Under the pieces are notes generated by a model. The model was not told the origin of the DNA, did no database searches, and saw only the letters and a list, made by a program, of their open reading frames with translations. Both the position numbers and the translations under genes were made by a program. A stretch of 59,924 nucleotides of DNA from Minisyncoccota bacterium (GTDB lineage: Bacteria; Patescibacteriota; Minisyncoccia; Phycocordibacterales; UBA9973): NCBI GenBank assembly GCA_017991395.1, contig JAGOQQ010000002.1, positions 1 through 59,924 of the forward strand. Reading direction: 5' to 3'. The first letter of the stretch is position 1; every line of letters starts with the position of its first letter. Of this stretch, positions 1 to 9,141 are shown one piece after another.

Positions 1-118
1 AGTGCGTGGGGCTTTCTCCGAGCGTACGCTTTAGTTTCGCTTCACCACGCACGCGGAGCGTGCGAAGTCATTACCTCACTTTGTTTTGGAAATAGGTGCG
101 AGTTTGGTACAATAGAGA

Positions 119-166
119 CACCAAAATAAAAAACGTCATTTTAAAATGACGTTTTTTATTTTGGTG
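119..166. terminator. Perfect 48-nt palindrome with A-tract and T-tract arms; candidate bidirectional intrinsic terminator
   Basis: caccaaaataaaaaacgtcatttt / aaaatgacgttttttattttggtg is an exact inverted repeat. It separates two GC-rich non-coding blocks. Confidence 0.6.
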
Positions 167-256
167 CCCAGAGCAAGCCAGCTGCTTGGCTTGCGCGAGA
201 GGACTTGAAGACCTTGAGTATGTCGCACGAAGCGAAGCGAGTACGACACGAAAGGT

Positions 257-307
257 GTACTGCTCCTGTAAGGAGAAAGTCCTTATGCGAAAGCATTGGG
301 TGATTTA
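257..307 (+). repeat. Copy 1 of the ~50-nt repeat GTACTGCTCCTGTAAGGAGAAAGTCCTTAT(G)CGARAGCATTGGGTGATTT
   Basis: Near-identical to 493-542. Contains mutually exclusive hairpins: CTCC-tgtaa-GGAG versus TAAGGA/TCCTTA. Confidence 0.8.
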
Positions 308-492
308 TTTTATAGACCAGGAGAGGACTTGAACCGAGACGGCGCGAAGCCCACGAAGTGGTGCCGTCGAGTGGGGGTCGAGCGAATGAGGTCGTAGTGA
401 GTTTGAAGCAAAGCGTAAAACGAAACGAGACCCATGAGAGTGACCAAGTCCTCCCATATTTTTGTGAGCCTGCGAACAAAAATGGGAAACCT

Positions 493-542
493 GTACTGCT
501 CCTGTAAGGAGAAAGTCCTTATCGAGAGCATTGGGTGATTTT
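493..542 (+). repeat. Copy 2 of the ~50-nt repeat
   Basis: Direct comparison with 257-307 shows one indel and one substitution. Confidence 0.8.
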
Positions 543-594
543 TCTTACATAGAAGGAAGCTGTAAAATAGCTCATAAAATGATAAAATCATTCT

Positions 595-1350
595 ATGGAA
601 AACTTGGAAGAGAAATACCAATCAGTTTTGAGAGATTGCACCGAAAATGAAAATATCATCGGATTTTTTCTTGGTGGTTCACGAGGAAAAAGTAATGACT
701 TTATTACTCAAAACTCCGACATGGATGTTTATGTCATTTTGTCTGATTCGGCACCAAAAGAAGTAAGAGAAAAAATGGAAAGTTATTTATCCGACTGGTT
801 TGAAATCAGAGTTTTGACTTTGACTGAATTGGTTAATCACGCAATTTGGGGAAGTAGTCATGAATGGGATAGGTACAATTTTGCACACAATAAACCAATA
901 GTTGATAAAACTGGTGAACTGACAAAAATAATGGAAGAAAAAGGAACTTTACCAGAAAGTGAAAAATTGTCAGTCATTAGAGATTCACTTGATGCATACA
1001 TAAACAAAGTTTATCGTTCCGCAAAATATTTTAGAGATGGAAAAGAAAATGCCGGTTACTTAGATGCAGTGGAATCTTTACCAGTTCTTATGACTGCTTT
1101 GTATGCACTTGAAGGACGATTAAAACCATATAATAAATATTTTGAATGGGAACTTAAAAATTTTCCTCTAAAATTTTTACCTTTTAATACGGAAGAGTTC
1201 ATTTCCGATTATTTTGATATTTTAAGAACGGGTAATTTTGAAAAACAAGCAAAAATTTTTAAAGCTGTTAAAAAACTATTTATTGAGCAAGGATACAAAA
1301 ATATTTTTCATGAATGGAAGATTTACTATTTTGTTGGGGATGAAAAATAA
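595..1350 (+). CDS. Pol-beta-superfamily nucleotidyltransferase, ANT(6)/KNTase-like architecture
   Basis: N-terminal GGSRGKS...SDMDVYV (GS...DxD nucleotidyltransferase signature) followed by a helical C-terminal domain. ORF of 251 aa. Confidence 0.7.
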   Translation: MENLEEKYQSVLRDCTENENIIGFFLGGSRGKSNDFITQNSDMDVYVILSDSAPKEVREKMESYLSDWFEIRVLTLTELVNHAIWGSSHEWDRYNFAHNKPIVDKTGELTKIMEEKGTLPESEKLSVIRDSLDAYINKVYRSAKYFRDGKENAGYLDAVESLPVLMTALYALEGRLKPYNKYFEWELKNFPLKFLPFNTEEFISDYFDILRTGNFEKQAKIFKAVKKLFIEQGYKNIFHEWKIYYFVGDEK

Positions 1351-1456
1351 CTATATGAAATTTGAAGTATTTTAGTACATAGAAATAAATACAAAAATCA
1401 CTTTTTAAATTTTCTTCTCATGATATACTTTAGCTATAAGCTAATTCCTATTTTAT

Positions 1457-1642
1457 ATGGATAACAAACAAGGCAACACCACAAACATGCTTCTATCGAT
1501 TATTATTGCACTTTTGATTTGTATTTTTATATACTTGGTCACTTCACAAAAAGCGCAAGCACCAGAAATGCTCGATCAATACAGAAACAATACAATGGAA
1601 CTAGAAAGCCAAGCAGCATCTCCCGTCATAGATTTGAGATAG
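1457..1642 (+). CDS. Small hypothetical membrane protein
   Basis: 61-aa ORF with one hydrophobic helix (LLSIIIALLICIFIYLV). No recognisable family. Confidence 0.4.
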   Translation: MDNKQGNTTNMLLSIIIALLICIFIYLVTSQKAQAPEMLDQYRNNTMELESQAASPVIDLR

Positions 1643-1654
1643 TTTATTTTATAT

Positions 1655-2965
1655 ATGGTCACAGAAGAACTCCTCGCGTACATTAAAAGACAGCAGGCAA
1701 ATCGTGTTCCCGAAGAAAGCATTCGGGCTATTTTGCTTGCAAATGGATGGCTCAAGATTGATGTAGACAAGGCGTTTGATTCACTTTTCAAAGTAGAAGA
1801 GAGTAAAATTGTGACGTCACAAGAACTTCGAACAAAAGTCGCTTCACTTTCTCCAAACATGACTGCTCAGGCACGGCCTGAGATTGTCGGACAAGGAGGA
1901 GACTTTGTGTCTTCTGGTTCATCTTTGGCAAAAGACTCATATCGAGAGCCAATCGACAATAGTGTCAAAGAACAATTCACCTCAAAAAACATTGGTACTC
2001 CAATGGGAAAAGAATTGCCTGTTGATTTAAAAGAACGACTTAGAAAAATTTCATCAGATTCAATTTTTTCTCCTGAAAAGCATATTGTTAATCCAGTTTC
2101 GCCAACACAGACACAGATAAATCCAAATCCATTTATCGCACAGGCTACAGGAAGTACGCCGAGCTTCGAAGAAAAACTTGGAGATTTGTCTGATAATGCA
2201 ACATCACTTGAAGCTTCATCTCGATTTCCTATCAAGCGAGAAACAATCATGTCGCAACCACTTTCAAGTCTTCACATGATTGAGAATAACTCAATTCAGG
2301 CGCCCGAAACTCCAAACCCAAACCGTCTCTACTCGCGTTTTGGAGGTGCACAAAGTCCATACAGTCCCTCGATGGACAAGTTTAATAGCCCACTTTCTTC
2401 AGTTCCGCCGAAAAAAAGTCATTTTGGAATCGTGTTATTTTTTATTTTCATACTCATACTAGCTGGCGAGGGATACTATCTTGTAACATATCAAAAACCA
2501 TTAGTTCAATCGCTTATACAAAAACTTCAAATTAGAGAATTGATAGAAAAAGCAAAACAGGAAGTGGCACCAGAAGAAAATATTCAAACAGAAAATACTG
2601 AAAATACCCAAGAAGAACCAAGCGGGACAGCAGTGAATACACAAACAGAAAATACTACAACAGTTCCACCTGCGCCTGTTGTGAATACCGCAGAAAGCAC
2701 ACTCAAGAACATTGCAACAAAAGTTTCTTCATACACAAGCATCAAAACTACCACAAAAGGAGTGTGTTCAAATATCTCTTCAGGAATTGCAAAAGACTTA
2801 ATCGAACTAAAAAATTCGTACGGCTCATCTGCAACATGTCTTGATGATGCAAATGGATTTAGTGTGACGATTCCATATCAAACAACAGGAGAATATATGT
2901 GTGTTGATGCAAGTAGTGAAATTGTGTTGGTGAAGGCGATTCCAAAAACGGCTCGTTGTATATAA
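1655..2965 (+). CDS. Hypothetical single-pass membrane protein with a Ser/Pro/Thr-rich linker and a Cys-containing C-terminal domain
   Basis: 436-aa ORF. TM segment FGIVLFFIFILILAGEGYYLV. The C-terminal ~90 aa contain 4 Cys. Confidence 0.65.
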   Translation: MVTEELLAYIKRQQANRVPEESIRAILLANGWLKIDVDKAFDSLFKVEESKIVTSQELRTKVASLSPNMTAQARPEIVGQGGDFVSSGSSLAKDSYREPIDNSVKEQFTSKNIGTPMGKELPVDLKERLRKISSDSIFSPEKHIVNPVSPTQTQINPNPFIAQATGSTPSFEEKLGDLSDNATSLEASSRFPIKRETIMSQPLSSLHMIENNSIQAPETPNPNRLYSRFGGAQSPYSPSMDKFNSPLSSVPPKKSHFGIVLFFIFILILAGEGYYLVTYQKPLVQSLIQKLQIRELIEKAKQEVAPEENIQTENTENTQEEPSGTAVNTQTENTTTVPPAPVVNTAESTLKNIATKVSSYTSIKTTTKGVCSNISSGIAKDLIELKNSYGSSATCLDDANGFSVTIPYQTTGEYMCVDASSEIVLVKAIPKTARCI

Positions 2966-3318
2966 CAATGCGTGGTATTATGAAGAATATGTTAAGGAGT
3001 AAAAAATGTATTCCATGTCACGACAAAAACATAGAACCACTCTCACGCGAAGACACTGCACGTCTCAATGAAGAATTGTCTGGATGGACAATATCTTTAG
3101 ATAATAATCATGTAACAAAAGATTTTATGTTTGAAACATTTGAGCAATCGATAGACTTTATCAACAAAGTAGCTTCTGTTGCGTCGGCCGAGGATCATCA
3201 TCCTGATATACATTGTTTTTACAACAAGGTAACGCTGGATATTTCAACACATGCAATCTCTGGGCTTACAGAAAATGATTTTATTCTCGCATCAAAAATT
3301 GACGGAATTTTAGAATAG
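2956..3318 (+). CDS. phhB: Pterin-4-alpha-carbinolamine dehydratase (PCD/DCoH family)
   Basis: EDHHPDI...YNKVTL...TH...GLTENDF matches the PCD signature. The start is ambiguous: Met codons at 2956, 2968 and 2980. Confidence 0.8.
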   Translation: MYITMRGIMKNMLRSKKCIPCHDKNIEPLSREDTARLNEELSGWTISLDNNHVTKDFMFETFEQSIDFINKVASVASAEDHHPDIHCFYNKVTLDISTHAISGLTENDFILASKIDGILE

Positions 3319-3329
3319 TTTAAATTAAT

Positions 3330-4334
3330 ATGATTTCAATCGTAACAATAATTTCATTTTTAGGAATCGCTGGATTTTCTCTTGCGAGATATATTCACAA
3401 AAAGAAAAGTGAGAAGAAGCCACTCATTTGCCCCATGCGTACTTCGTGTGCCGAAGTCGTAACGAGTGATTACTCAAAAATGTTTGGTGTGCCGCTCGAG
3501 GTTTTTGGTATGTGGTACTACGGTGTACTTGGAGTCGTGTATGGATTCTTGGCAATATTTCCCGGTGTGCATTCGACCTTTATATCGTTTCTTCTAGTGC
3601 TTGCGTCACTTGTGGCATTTGTCGTGTCAATCTATCTGATTTGCGTGCAGGCATTTGCACTACGCGCATGGTGTACATGGTGTCTCATGTCTGCCTTTAT
3701 CTCAACGATTATATTTGCCCTATCACTAATCGCTCACGATACTGATTTTATTTCTATTCTAAAAGAATATAAGGTGTTTGTGGTGATACTTCATGCGGTG
3801 GCTGCGACAGTGGGCGTGGGTGGAGCAACGGTTACAGATATATTTTTCTTTAGATTTCTAAGTGATAGAAAGATTTCAGTATTTGAAGCCGATGTACTCA
3901 ACATTCTTTCAAAAGTTATTTGGGGTGCGCTCGGATTGCTTGTGGTGACAGGGATTGGACTTTTTCTTTCATCAGAAACCAATTTGCTTGCGTCTTCAAA
4001 ATTTGTCACCAAGATGGTTGGAGTGCTTATCTTGATCGCAAATGGTGTCGCGCTCAATCTTATTGTGTCTCCACGACTCATGCATATTTCGTTTGGAGAG
4101 TCACATCGTCACATACAAGGTGAACTTGTGCGATTGAGACGAGTAGCGTTTGCGCTCGGTGCGATCTCAATTAGCTCATGGTATATGATTTTTATTTTGG
4201 GCAGTGTGAAATCCGTCCCGCTTGCCACCACGACACTTCTGTCACTTTATATTGGAATGATTCTTGTGTCGGTTTTGATTAGTCAGTTGATGGATAGACA
4301 TTTTTCATCTCAATCGCAATCTTCAATTAGTTAA
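3330..4334 (+). CDS. Vitamin K epoxide reductase (VKOR) family protein fused to an extra multi-TM C-terminal domain
   Basis: Loop cysteines in CPMRTSCAEVVTSDYSKMFGVPLEVFG plus the CTWC redox motif in the 4th TM. About 190 further residues contain about 5 hydrophobic helices. Confidence 0.8.
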   Translation: MISIVTIISFLGIAGFSLARYIHKKKSEKKPLICPMRTSCAEVVTSDYSKMFGVPLEVFGMWYYGVLGVVYGFLAIFPGVHSTFISFLLVLASLVAFVVSIYLICVQAFALRAWCTWCLMSAFISTIIFALSLIAHDTDFISILKEYKVFVVILHAVAATVGVGGATVTDIFFFRFLSDRKISVFEADVLNILSKVIWGALGLLVVTGIGLFLSSETNLLASSKFVTKMVGVLILIANGVALNLIVSPRLMHISFGESHRHIQGELVRLRRVAFALGAISISSWYMIFILGSVKSVPLATTTLLSLYIGMILVSVLISQLMDRHFSSQSQSSIS

Positions 4335-4373
4335 ATTTTTTGAAAGCGAAATCCATCTGGTATACTTTTACGT

Positions 4374-4928
4374 ATGCTATATACAGGAAAAGGTGACGGG
4401 GGAACCAGTAAATTGTTCAACACTCCAAGCGGGGAAAGAGTTTCAAAAAGTTCAAATATTTTTGAAGCACTCGGAACTCTTGATGAACTCAATTCTTTTT
4501 TGGGTGTCTGTCGCGCGCATTGTGCAAAGACGACATACTCATTGCAGGATCAGCTATTTTTTAATATCGTTTTCAGACTCCAGCAGGATTTGTTTATTGC
4601 TCAGGCTGAACTCGCTGGTGCTGATATGTCTATGTCAAAAGAAAAAGTGGAATATCTTGAGTGGGTGACAAACGAGTCCGAAAAAAATCTTCCACCAATT
4701 ACGACATTTTTCATTCCAGGTGCAAGTGAACTCGGAGCATATTTTGATACGGCGAGAACAATCTCTCGAAGAACTGAGCGTTGTGTGATTCGCGTAAAAG
4801 AAAGTGGCGCAGTGGTTTCAGAAGAAACCCTGCGATATCTAAACCGCCTTTCAAGTGCGCTATACGCACTTGCTAGACTTAGCAACCACTTTTCTGGTAT
4901 AACTGAGACACCTCCGACGTACCAGTAG
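4374..4928 (+). CDS. ATP:cob(I)alamin adenosyltransferase, PduO type
   Basis: N-terminus YTGKGDGGTSKL...LGTLDELNSFLG is the PduO/MMAB signature. ORF of 184 aa. Confidence 0.85.
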   Translation: MLYTGKGDGGTSKLFNTPSGERVSKSSNIFEALGTLDELNSFLGVCRAHCAKTTYSLQDQLFFNIVFRLQQDLFIAQAELAGADMSMSKEKVEYLEWVTNESEKNLPPITTFFIPGASELGAYFDTARTISRRTERCVIRVKESGAVVSEETLRYLNRLSSALYALARLSNHFSGITETPPTYQ

Positions 4929-4944
4929 GGGGTCATATATTGAT

Positions 4945-5017
4945 GGGGACTATAGTTTAGTGGTAAAACTCCGGTTTGTGGAACCGGTATCGAGGGTTCA
5001 ATTCCCTCTAGTCCCCC
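4945..5017 (+). tRNA. tRNA-His (anticodon GTG), G-1 apparently encoded, CCA not encoded
   Basis: Cloverleaf built by hand. Acceptor GGGACTA/TAGTCCC with an extra 5' G opposite C73. Anticodon stem CCGGT/ACCGG with loop TTGTGGA. T arm GAGGG-TTCAATT-CCCTC. Confidence 0.9.
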
Positions 5018-5020
5018 AGA

Positions 5021-5066
5021 ATACGCATCAAAAAATCCGCCATACGGCGGATTTTTTGATGCGTAT
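5021..5066. terminator. Long palindromic intrinsic terminator after tRNA-His
   Basis: atacgcatcaaaaaatccgcc-atac-ggcggattttttgatgcgtat. Perfect stem with embedded A and T tracts. Confidence 0.8.
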
Positions 5067-5115
5067 TTGAGTACATAAAGAACATAAATCCAAAAGAATA
5101 TAAACCACTTTAATT

Positions 5116-5165
5116 AAAAAAAAGTATGCATTTTACGCTATCGCGTAAAATGCATACTTTTTTTA
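5116..5165. terminator. Palindromic terminator at the 3' end of the minus-strand methyltransferase gene
   Basis: 16-bp perfect stem agtatgcattttacgc / gcgtaaaatgcatact, flanked by A and T runs. Confidence 0.8.
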
Positions 5166-5921
5166 TTTCCTCCAATTATCAAGCAATATCCCCGTCGCAA
5201 TTGCTACATTGAGCGACTCGGCATTTCCGTATTTTGGAATTGTGACTTTGTGAGTGATGAGTGAAATGGCTGAGTCACTAATTCCGTTTGATTCGTTGCC
5301 CATCAAGAGCACACCATTTTTAGGAAATAAAAACGTGTGAGCGTTTTCTCCATCAAGAAGTGCGCCAACAATCGGCAAATTAATTTGTTTCAAAAAATCT
5401 GGAAGTTCAGTATAAAAAATCTGTACACGAGTAAATGATCCCATTGTCGCAGAAATAGTTTTCATATTATAAAACTCTGCGGTGGTAGGTGAGCAGACAA
5501 TTTTTGTTACACCATACCAATCCGCAGTTCGAATAATCGTCCCGAGGTTTCCCGGATCACGAATATCATCAAGTGCCAAAATGATGTCCGTGTCATTTAT
5601 TTCAAATGCGCGATTTTCTTTTTGCTTCACTACTGCAATTCCTGTGTCATTAAATTCAAGTGAGCTCATTTTTGCGATTTCTCCAACAGAAATAAGTTCG
5701 ATGAGATTTTTTACAGGGCCTAGTATTTCTTTGTGTTTTTCAAGAAGTTCGTGTGTTATGTATATTTTTTCTATTTCAAAATCGGAATCAATAAGTTCGA
5801 GAATGCTTTTCTCGCCCTCAACCAAAAATAGCCCTTCTTCTTTTCGGTTCTTCTTTTGGTGGAGTGATTTGATTCTTTTTGCTTCGGCGTGTGTCATAGG
5901 CCAGATTGTAGCATATTTCAA
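5163..5921 (-). CDS. TrmH/SpoU-family RNA 2'-O-methyltransferase
   Basis: DPGNLGTIIRTADWYG, LLMGNESNGIS and NVAIATGILL are the three SpoU motifs. An alternative start lies at 5897. Confidence 0.9.
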   Translation of the reverse strand: MKYATIWPMTHAEAKRIKSLHQKKNRKEEGLFLVEGEKSILELIDSDFEIEKIYITHELLEKHKEILGPVKNLIELISVGEIAKMSSLEFNDTGIAVVKQKENRAFEINDTDIILALDDIRDPGNLGTIIRTADWYGVTKIVCSPTTAEFYNMKTISATMGSFTRVQIFYTELPDFLKQINLPIVGALLDGENAHTFLFPKNGVLLMGNESNGISDSAISLITHKVTIPKYGNAESLNVAIATGILLDNWRK

Positions 5922-5950
5922 ATAGCGACAACTATTGGTATTGTATATCT

Positions 5951-7663
5951 ATGACACAAGCACAGGCACTCACAATTTTGAAAACAGGAGCAAATGTATT
6001 TTTGACAGGAGAGCCTGGTGCAGGAAAGACGTTTGTAATCAATCAGTACGTTTCGCACTTGAAAGCATGTGGTGTTGAAGTGGCGATTACTGCATCTACG
6101 GGAATTGCAGCTACTCATATCGGCGGAATGACAATTCACTCATGGAGCGGAATTGGCGTGAGAGAAATGCTTACGCCCCAAGATTTGGACAAGATTGCAT
6201 CGAGTGAATATATTTCGCGTCGCGTCCGCAGAGCAAAAGTTCTCGTGATAGATGAAATATCAATGCTTGGACCAAATACTATCGATATGGTGGATATGGT
6301 GTGTAAAGAAGTGAGGCAAAGCACAGAAGTGTTTGGAGGTCTTCAGGTGGTATTTATTGGAGATTTTTTTCAGCTTCCACCAATCGAAAAAAGAAAATGG
6401 AACGAAGATGATCAATCTGAACTTTTTGAAGATGAAGTTGCACCACGACCGAGATTTGCATACGACTCAAATTCTTGGAAATCTGCAACACCGATTGTGT
6501 GCTATTTGACCGAGCAACACAGACAAGAGGATGATATTTTTTTATCAGTGCTTTCGGCTATTCGCGCAGGATCATTTGGGGGAGCCGAGCTTGGACACAT
6601 AACAACACGCAAAATTCCTGCAGAAAAAATATCAAAAGATACACTCCGACTTTTTTCTCACAATGCAGATGTGGATAGAGTAAACAATGAAATGCTCGAG
6701 AGGATTAGTGCACCAAAAAAATTGTTTCCAATGACTTCACATGGTCATGAAATTCTCGTAGCAATTTTGAAAAAGGGGTGTATGTCACCAGAATCTCTCA
6801 TTCTCAAAGTGGGCGCTCAAGTAATGTGCACAAAAAACAATCAAAAGGCGGGGTATGTAAACGGTACTATCGGCGAGCTCGTGGGTTTTCAAAATGGCAC
6901 ACAGTATCCAATCATCAAAACACGTGATGAAAAAGAAATCGTGATTGAGCCGATGGATTGGATGGTTGAGGAAAATGGAAAAATAAAAGCAAGTATTTCA
7001 CAATTTCCACTTCGGCTTGCGTGGGCGATTACTGTACACAAAAGTCAGGGAATGAGTCTTGATGAAGCAGTGATTGATCTCTCGTCTGTGTTTGAGTTTG
7101 GACAAGGATACGTGGCACTTTCGCGCGTGAGAAGACTCGATGGTATTCATTTGATTGGATGGAACGAACGGGCATTTCAAGTACATCCAGAAATTGCCGA
7201 GATTGATGAAAAATTTAAAATGGCATCTGAAGAGGCAGAAGAAGGTTTTGAAAAACTTTCGAAAGAAGACATAGAAAAAATGCATCGCAATTTTATTTCA
7301 GCGTCTGGTGGTGTGATGAGAGAAGTCGCGGACAAATCAGAAAAACAACAATTCAAAAAGGCGCATACCACGGAAATTACTTTGGCGCTTTGGAAAGAAG
7401 GGCAGACGCTGGACCAAATTGCCAAGACACGAAAGTTAAAAAAAGAAACGATACTGTCACATGTTGAAGAATTGTTGGAAAAGAAAAAAATTGCAAAGGA
7501 TGAGCTTTCTCGACTTGTGACATCGGCACTTTCAAAAAAGATTGAGCGCATAGTCCAAGAATTCAATTCGCTCGACACACACAAACTTACCGAGGTGTTT
7601 GAGTCGCTCAAGGGAAAGTATTCATATGATGAAATACGCTTGGCGCGACTTTTTGTGGAGTAG
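5951..7663 (+). CDS. PIF1/RecD-like superfamily 1 DNA helicase with a C-terminal helical HTH-like extension
   Basis: Walker A GEPGAGKTF, VIDEISM (Walker B), FIGDFFQLPP, and TVHKSQGMSLD late motif. ORF of 570 aa. Confidence 0.9.
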   Translation: MTQAQALTILKTGANVFLTGEPGAGKTFVINQYVSHLKACGVEVAITASTGIAATHIGGMTIHSWSGIGVREMLTPQDLDKIASSEYISRRVRRAKVLVIDEISMLGPNTIDMVDMVCKEVRQSTEVFGGLQVVFIGDFFQLPPIEKRKWNEDDQSELFEDEVAPRPRFAYDSNSWKSATPIVCYLTEQHRQEDDIFLSVLSAIRAGSFGGAELGHITTRKIPAEKISKDTLRLFSHNADVDRVNNEMLERISAPKKLFPMTSHGHEILVAILKKGCMSPESLILKVGAQVMCTKNNQKAGYVNGTIGELVGFQNGTQYPIIKTRDEKEIVIEPMDWMVEENGKIKASISQFPLRLAWAITVHKSQGMSLDEAVIDLSSVFEFGQGYVALSRVRRLDGIHLIGWNERAFQVHPEIAEIDEKFKMASEEAEEGFEKLSKEDIEKMHRNFISASGGVMREVADKSEKQQFKKAHTTEITLALWKEGQTLDQIAKTRKLKKETILSHVEELLEKKKIAKDELSRLVTSALSKKIERIVQEFNSLDTHKLTEVFESLKGKYSYDEIRLARLFVE

Positions 7664-7695
7664 TTTGTGTGTTTCAAAATGATATACTTACACAT

Positions 7696-8259
7696 ATGAA
7701 ATCTTCTATTTCAACTAAAAGAAAAATTTTGCTCATTGTTGCACTCTTGGTGGTGCTGGTTGGTGCGTATGTCGTGGTGAACCGTGTACTTAAAAAGGAA
7801 ACGTATGTTCGCACTGCCCCGACTGTGTCACGCGATGTAGTTGCCGAAGCGGGTAATATGAATTTTTCTATCCAAGGCGTGGATGTAAAGTTTGATGATG
7901 GTACTGCGAGAGTTGAAGGATTGCCGGGTAGTGTAAAAATTATGTCTAAATCTCTTGAAATAGATTTCAATAGTGACCGCGTGATGGACCGTGCAGTGAT
8001 TATTAAAAATGACAGAGAGGACGGCACGGTGTATTTTTATGCAAGTGTGGTGTTGGTCGGACAAGACGGCACACTTACAAACACCAATACGATTTCACTC
8101 GGAGAAGGGTCATTGATTCAAAGGATGCTCGAATTGCCAGACAACACATTTAGTATTGAATACCTCGAGCGAAAAAATCCAAAGGACGCACCATCGATTC
8201 CCCGAAAGCGAACATTTCAAGTTGAAGGATATGCACTCAGTGAAATTGTAAAAAAATAG
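7696..8259 (+). CDS. Hypothetical membrane-anchored or secreted protein
   Basis: ATG at 7696 gives MKSSISTKRKILLIVALLVVLVGAYVV, a signal-anchor sequence. The upstream GTG at 7669 is less likely. Confidence 0.65.
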   Translation: MKSSISTKRKILLIVALLVVLVGAYVVVNRVLKKETYVRTAPTVSRDVVAEAGNMNFSIQGVDVKFDDGTARVEGLPGSVKIMSKSLEIDFNSDRVMDRAVIIKNDREDGTVYFYASVVLVGQDGTLTNTNTISLGEGSLIQRMLELPDNTFSIEYLERKNPKDAPSIPRKRTFQVEGYALSEIVKK

Positions 8260-8285
8260 CACCCCGAGAATACGGGGTGCTTTTT
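8259..8285. terminator. Bidirectional intrinsic terminator between convergent genes
   Basis: gcaccccg-agaata-cggggtgc followed by ttttt. Confidence 0.8.
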
Positions 8286-8289
8286 ATTA

Positions 8290-9141
8290 TTATGCTTCTT
8301 TTGAAATTTTGAAGGAATTGATTCCATCAACAGGGATTGTGACAATTGCTTCAGGTGTCAGACCTTCTATTGATTGAGCAATTTCACTTTTTTTGTTGTA
8401 CCAAGGTCCTTCGGCTGTCCATGCAAAATACTCTTCAGAGGTGTAGATTGATTGGAGTACTTTTTCGCTGCGTTCTTTGAAGAAAAAATCAATCGCATAC
8501 TTTGCGGTGATTTGTGGTGTGGTCACAGTTGTATCGCCATATTTATCTTTGATTTGATGTGCAGATTTACCTGCAATTGATCCAGGATGTACGGCACGAA
8601 ATGTCACGAGCGGATTTGTGTGTGCGAGTTCTATTGAGTGTCGTACTACATCGGCTTTTGTTTTGCCGTAGTGCATCGTATTTTGAAATGGTTTGCCCAG
8701 CATGTCTGCAACAACGCTCGTAGAACCGATGTCACAAAGTACAAGGTGCATACCTTTGCCTGTGACGAGATTGACCGCTGCATCTGCTAGTTTCAACGCA
8801 CTCATGTTTGTGTCGTAGAGCTGTGTCATCTCAGTGTCGCTTTTCTCAAGAACATCATCAAAATTAAATACTGCAAGGTTTGAAATCAACATATCAATTC
8901 CTCCAAGTTTCTCATATGCACGCGAGGCAATATCTTCGGGAGTTTCCTTGTTCATGTCTGCTTGGATAAAATGAAATCTTGTTTTTTGCTCATCGGTGAG
9001 CACGCCTCTTAAGAGCTCGGCTTTTGATTGGTCTCGGCCGTTTGTCACTACATGTGTGTCTTTTTTTGCGAGAACTTCTCTGACAAGGGCAGTTCCCAAG
9101 TCACCTGTGCCTCCGGTGATAAATATTTTGTGTATGTTCAT
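8290..9141 (-). CDS. SDR-family NAD(P)-dependent oxidoreductase
   Basis: N-terminal ITGGTGDLGTAL Rossmann motif and a YGKTK catalytic Y-x3-K motif. ORF of 283 aa. Confidence 0.85.
   Translation of the reverse strand: MNIHKIFITGGTGDLGTALVREVLAKKDTHVVTNGRDQSKAELLRGVLTDEQKTRFHFIQADMNKETPEDIASRAYEKLGGIDMLISNLAVFNFDDVLEKSDTEMTQLYDTNMSALKLADAAVNLVTGKGMHLVLCDIGSTSVVADMLGKPFQNTMHYGKTKADVVRHSIELAHTNPLVTFRAVHPGSIAGKSAHQIKDKYGDTTVTTPQITAKYAIDFFFKERSEKVLQSIYTSEEYFAWTAEGPWYNKKSEIAQSIEGLTPEAIVTIPVDGINSFKISKEA

Larger units (their letters stand above)
169..590. ncRNA. GC-rich, highly self-complementary non-coding region made of two related units; identity and strand unresolved
   Basis: Units span 197-307 and 321-542. 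Both begin with GAGAGGACTTGAA and end with the same ~50-nt block. Long-range pairings are AGGACTT/AAGTCCT and GGAG(A)GGACTTG/CAAGTCCTCC. The only ORFs here are mutually overlapping, low-complexity minus-strand ORFs. Confidence 0.3.

Noticed and set aside
169-345. T-loop-like strings on the minus strand (GGTCTTCAAGTCC, GGTTCAAGTCC) and a ...GGGCACCA end, suggesting tRNA or tmRNA
   Set aside because: I could not build a cloverleaf. There is no matching 5' acceptor strand, the T stems do not pair, and the distance from the T-loop to the putative 3' end is far too long.
268-520. GGAGAAAGTCC resembles the RNase P RNA CR-I sequence GAGGAAAGUCC
   Set aside because: The motif occurs twice, within two near-identical 50-nt repeats. 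I could not find the other universally conserved RNase P blocks (CR-IV, or the CR-V ACAGAA...GGCUUA) on either strand.
156-621. Two overlapping minus-strand ORFs (107 and 103 aa) in the ORF track
   Set aside because: They lie in different frames and overlap each other. They have an arbitrary, Arg/Ser/Leu-heavy composition and span the GC-rich repeat and hairpin region. They look like by-products of GC-rich structured sequence rather than genes.
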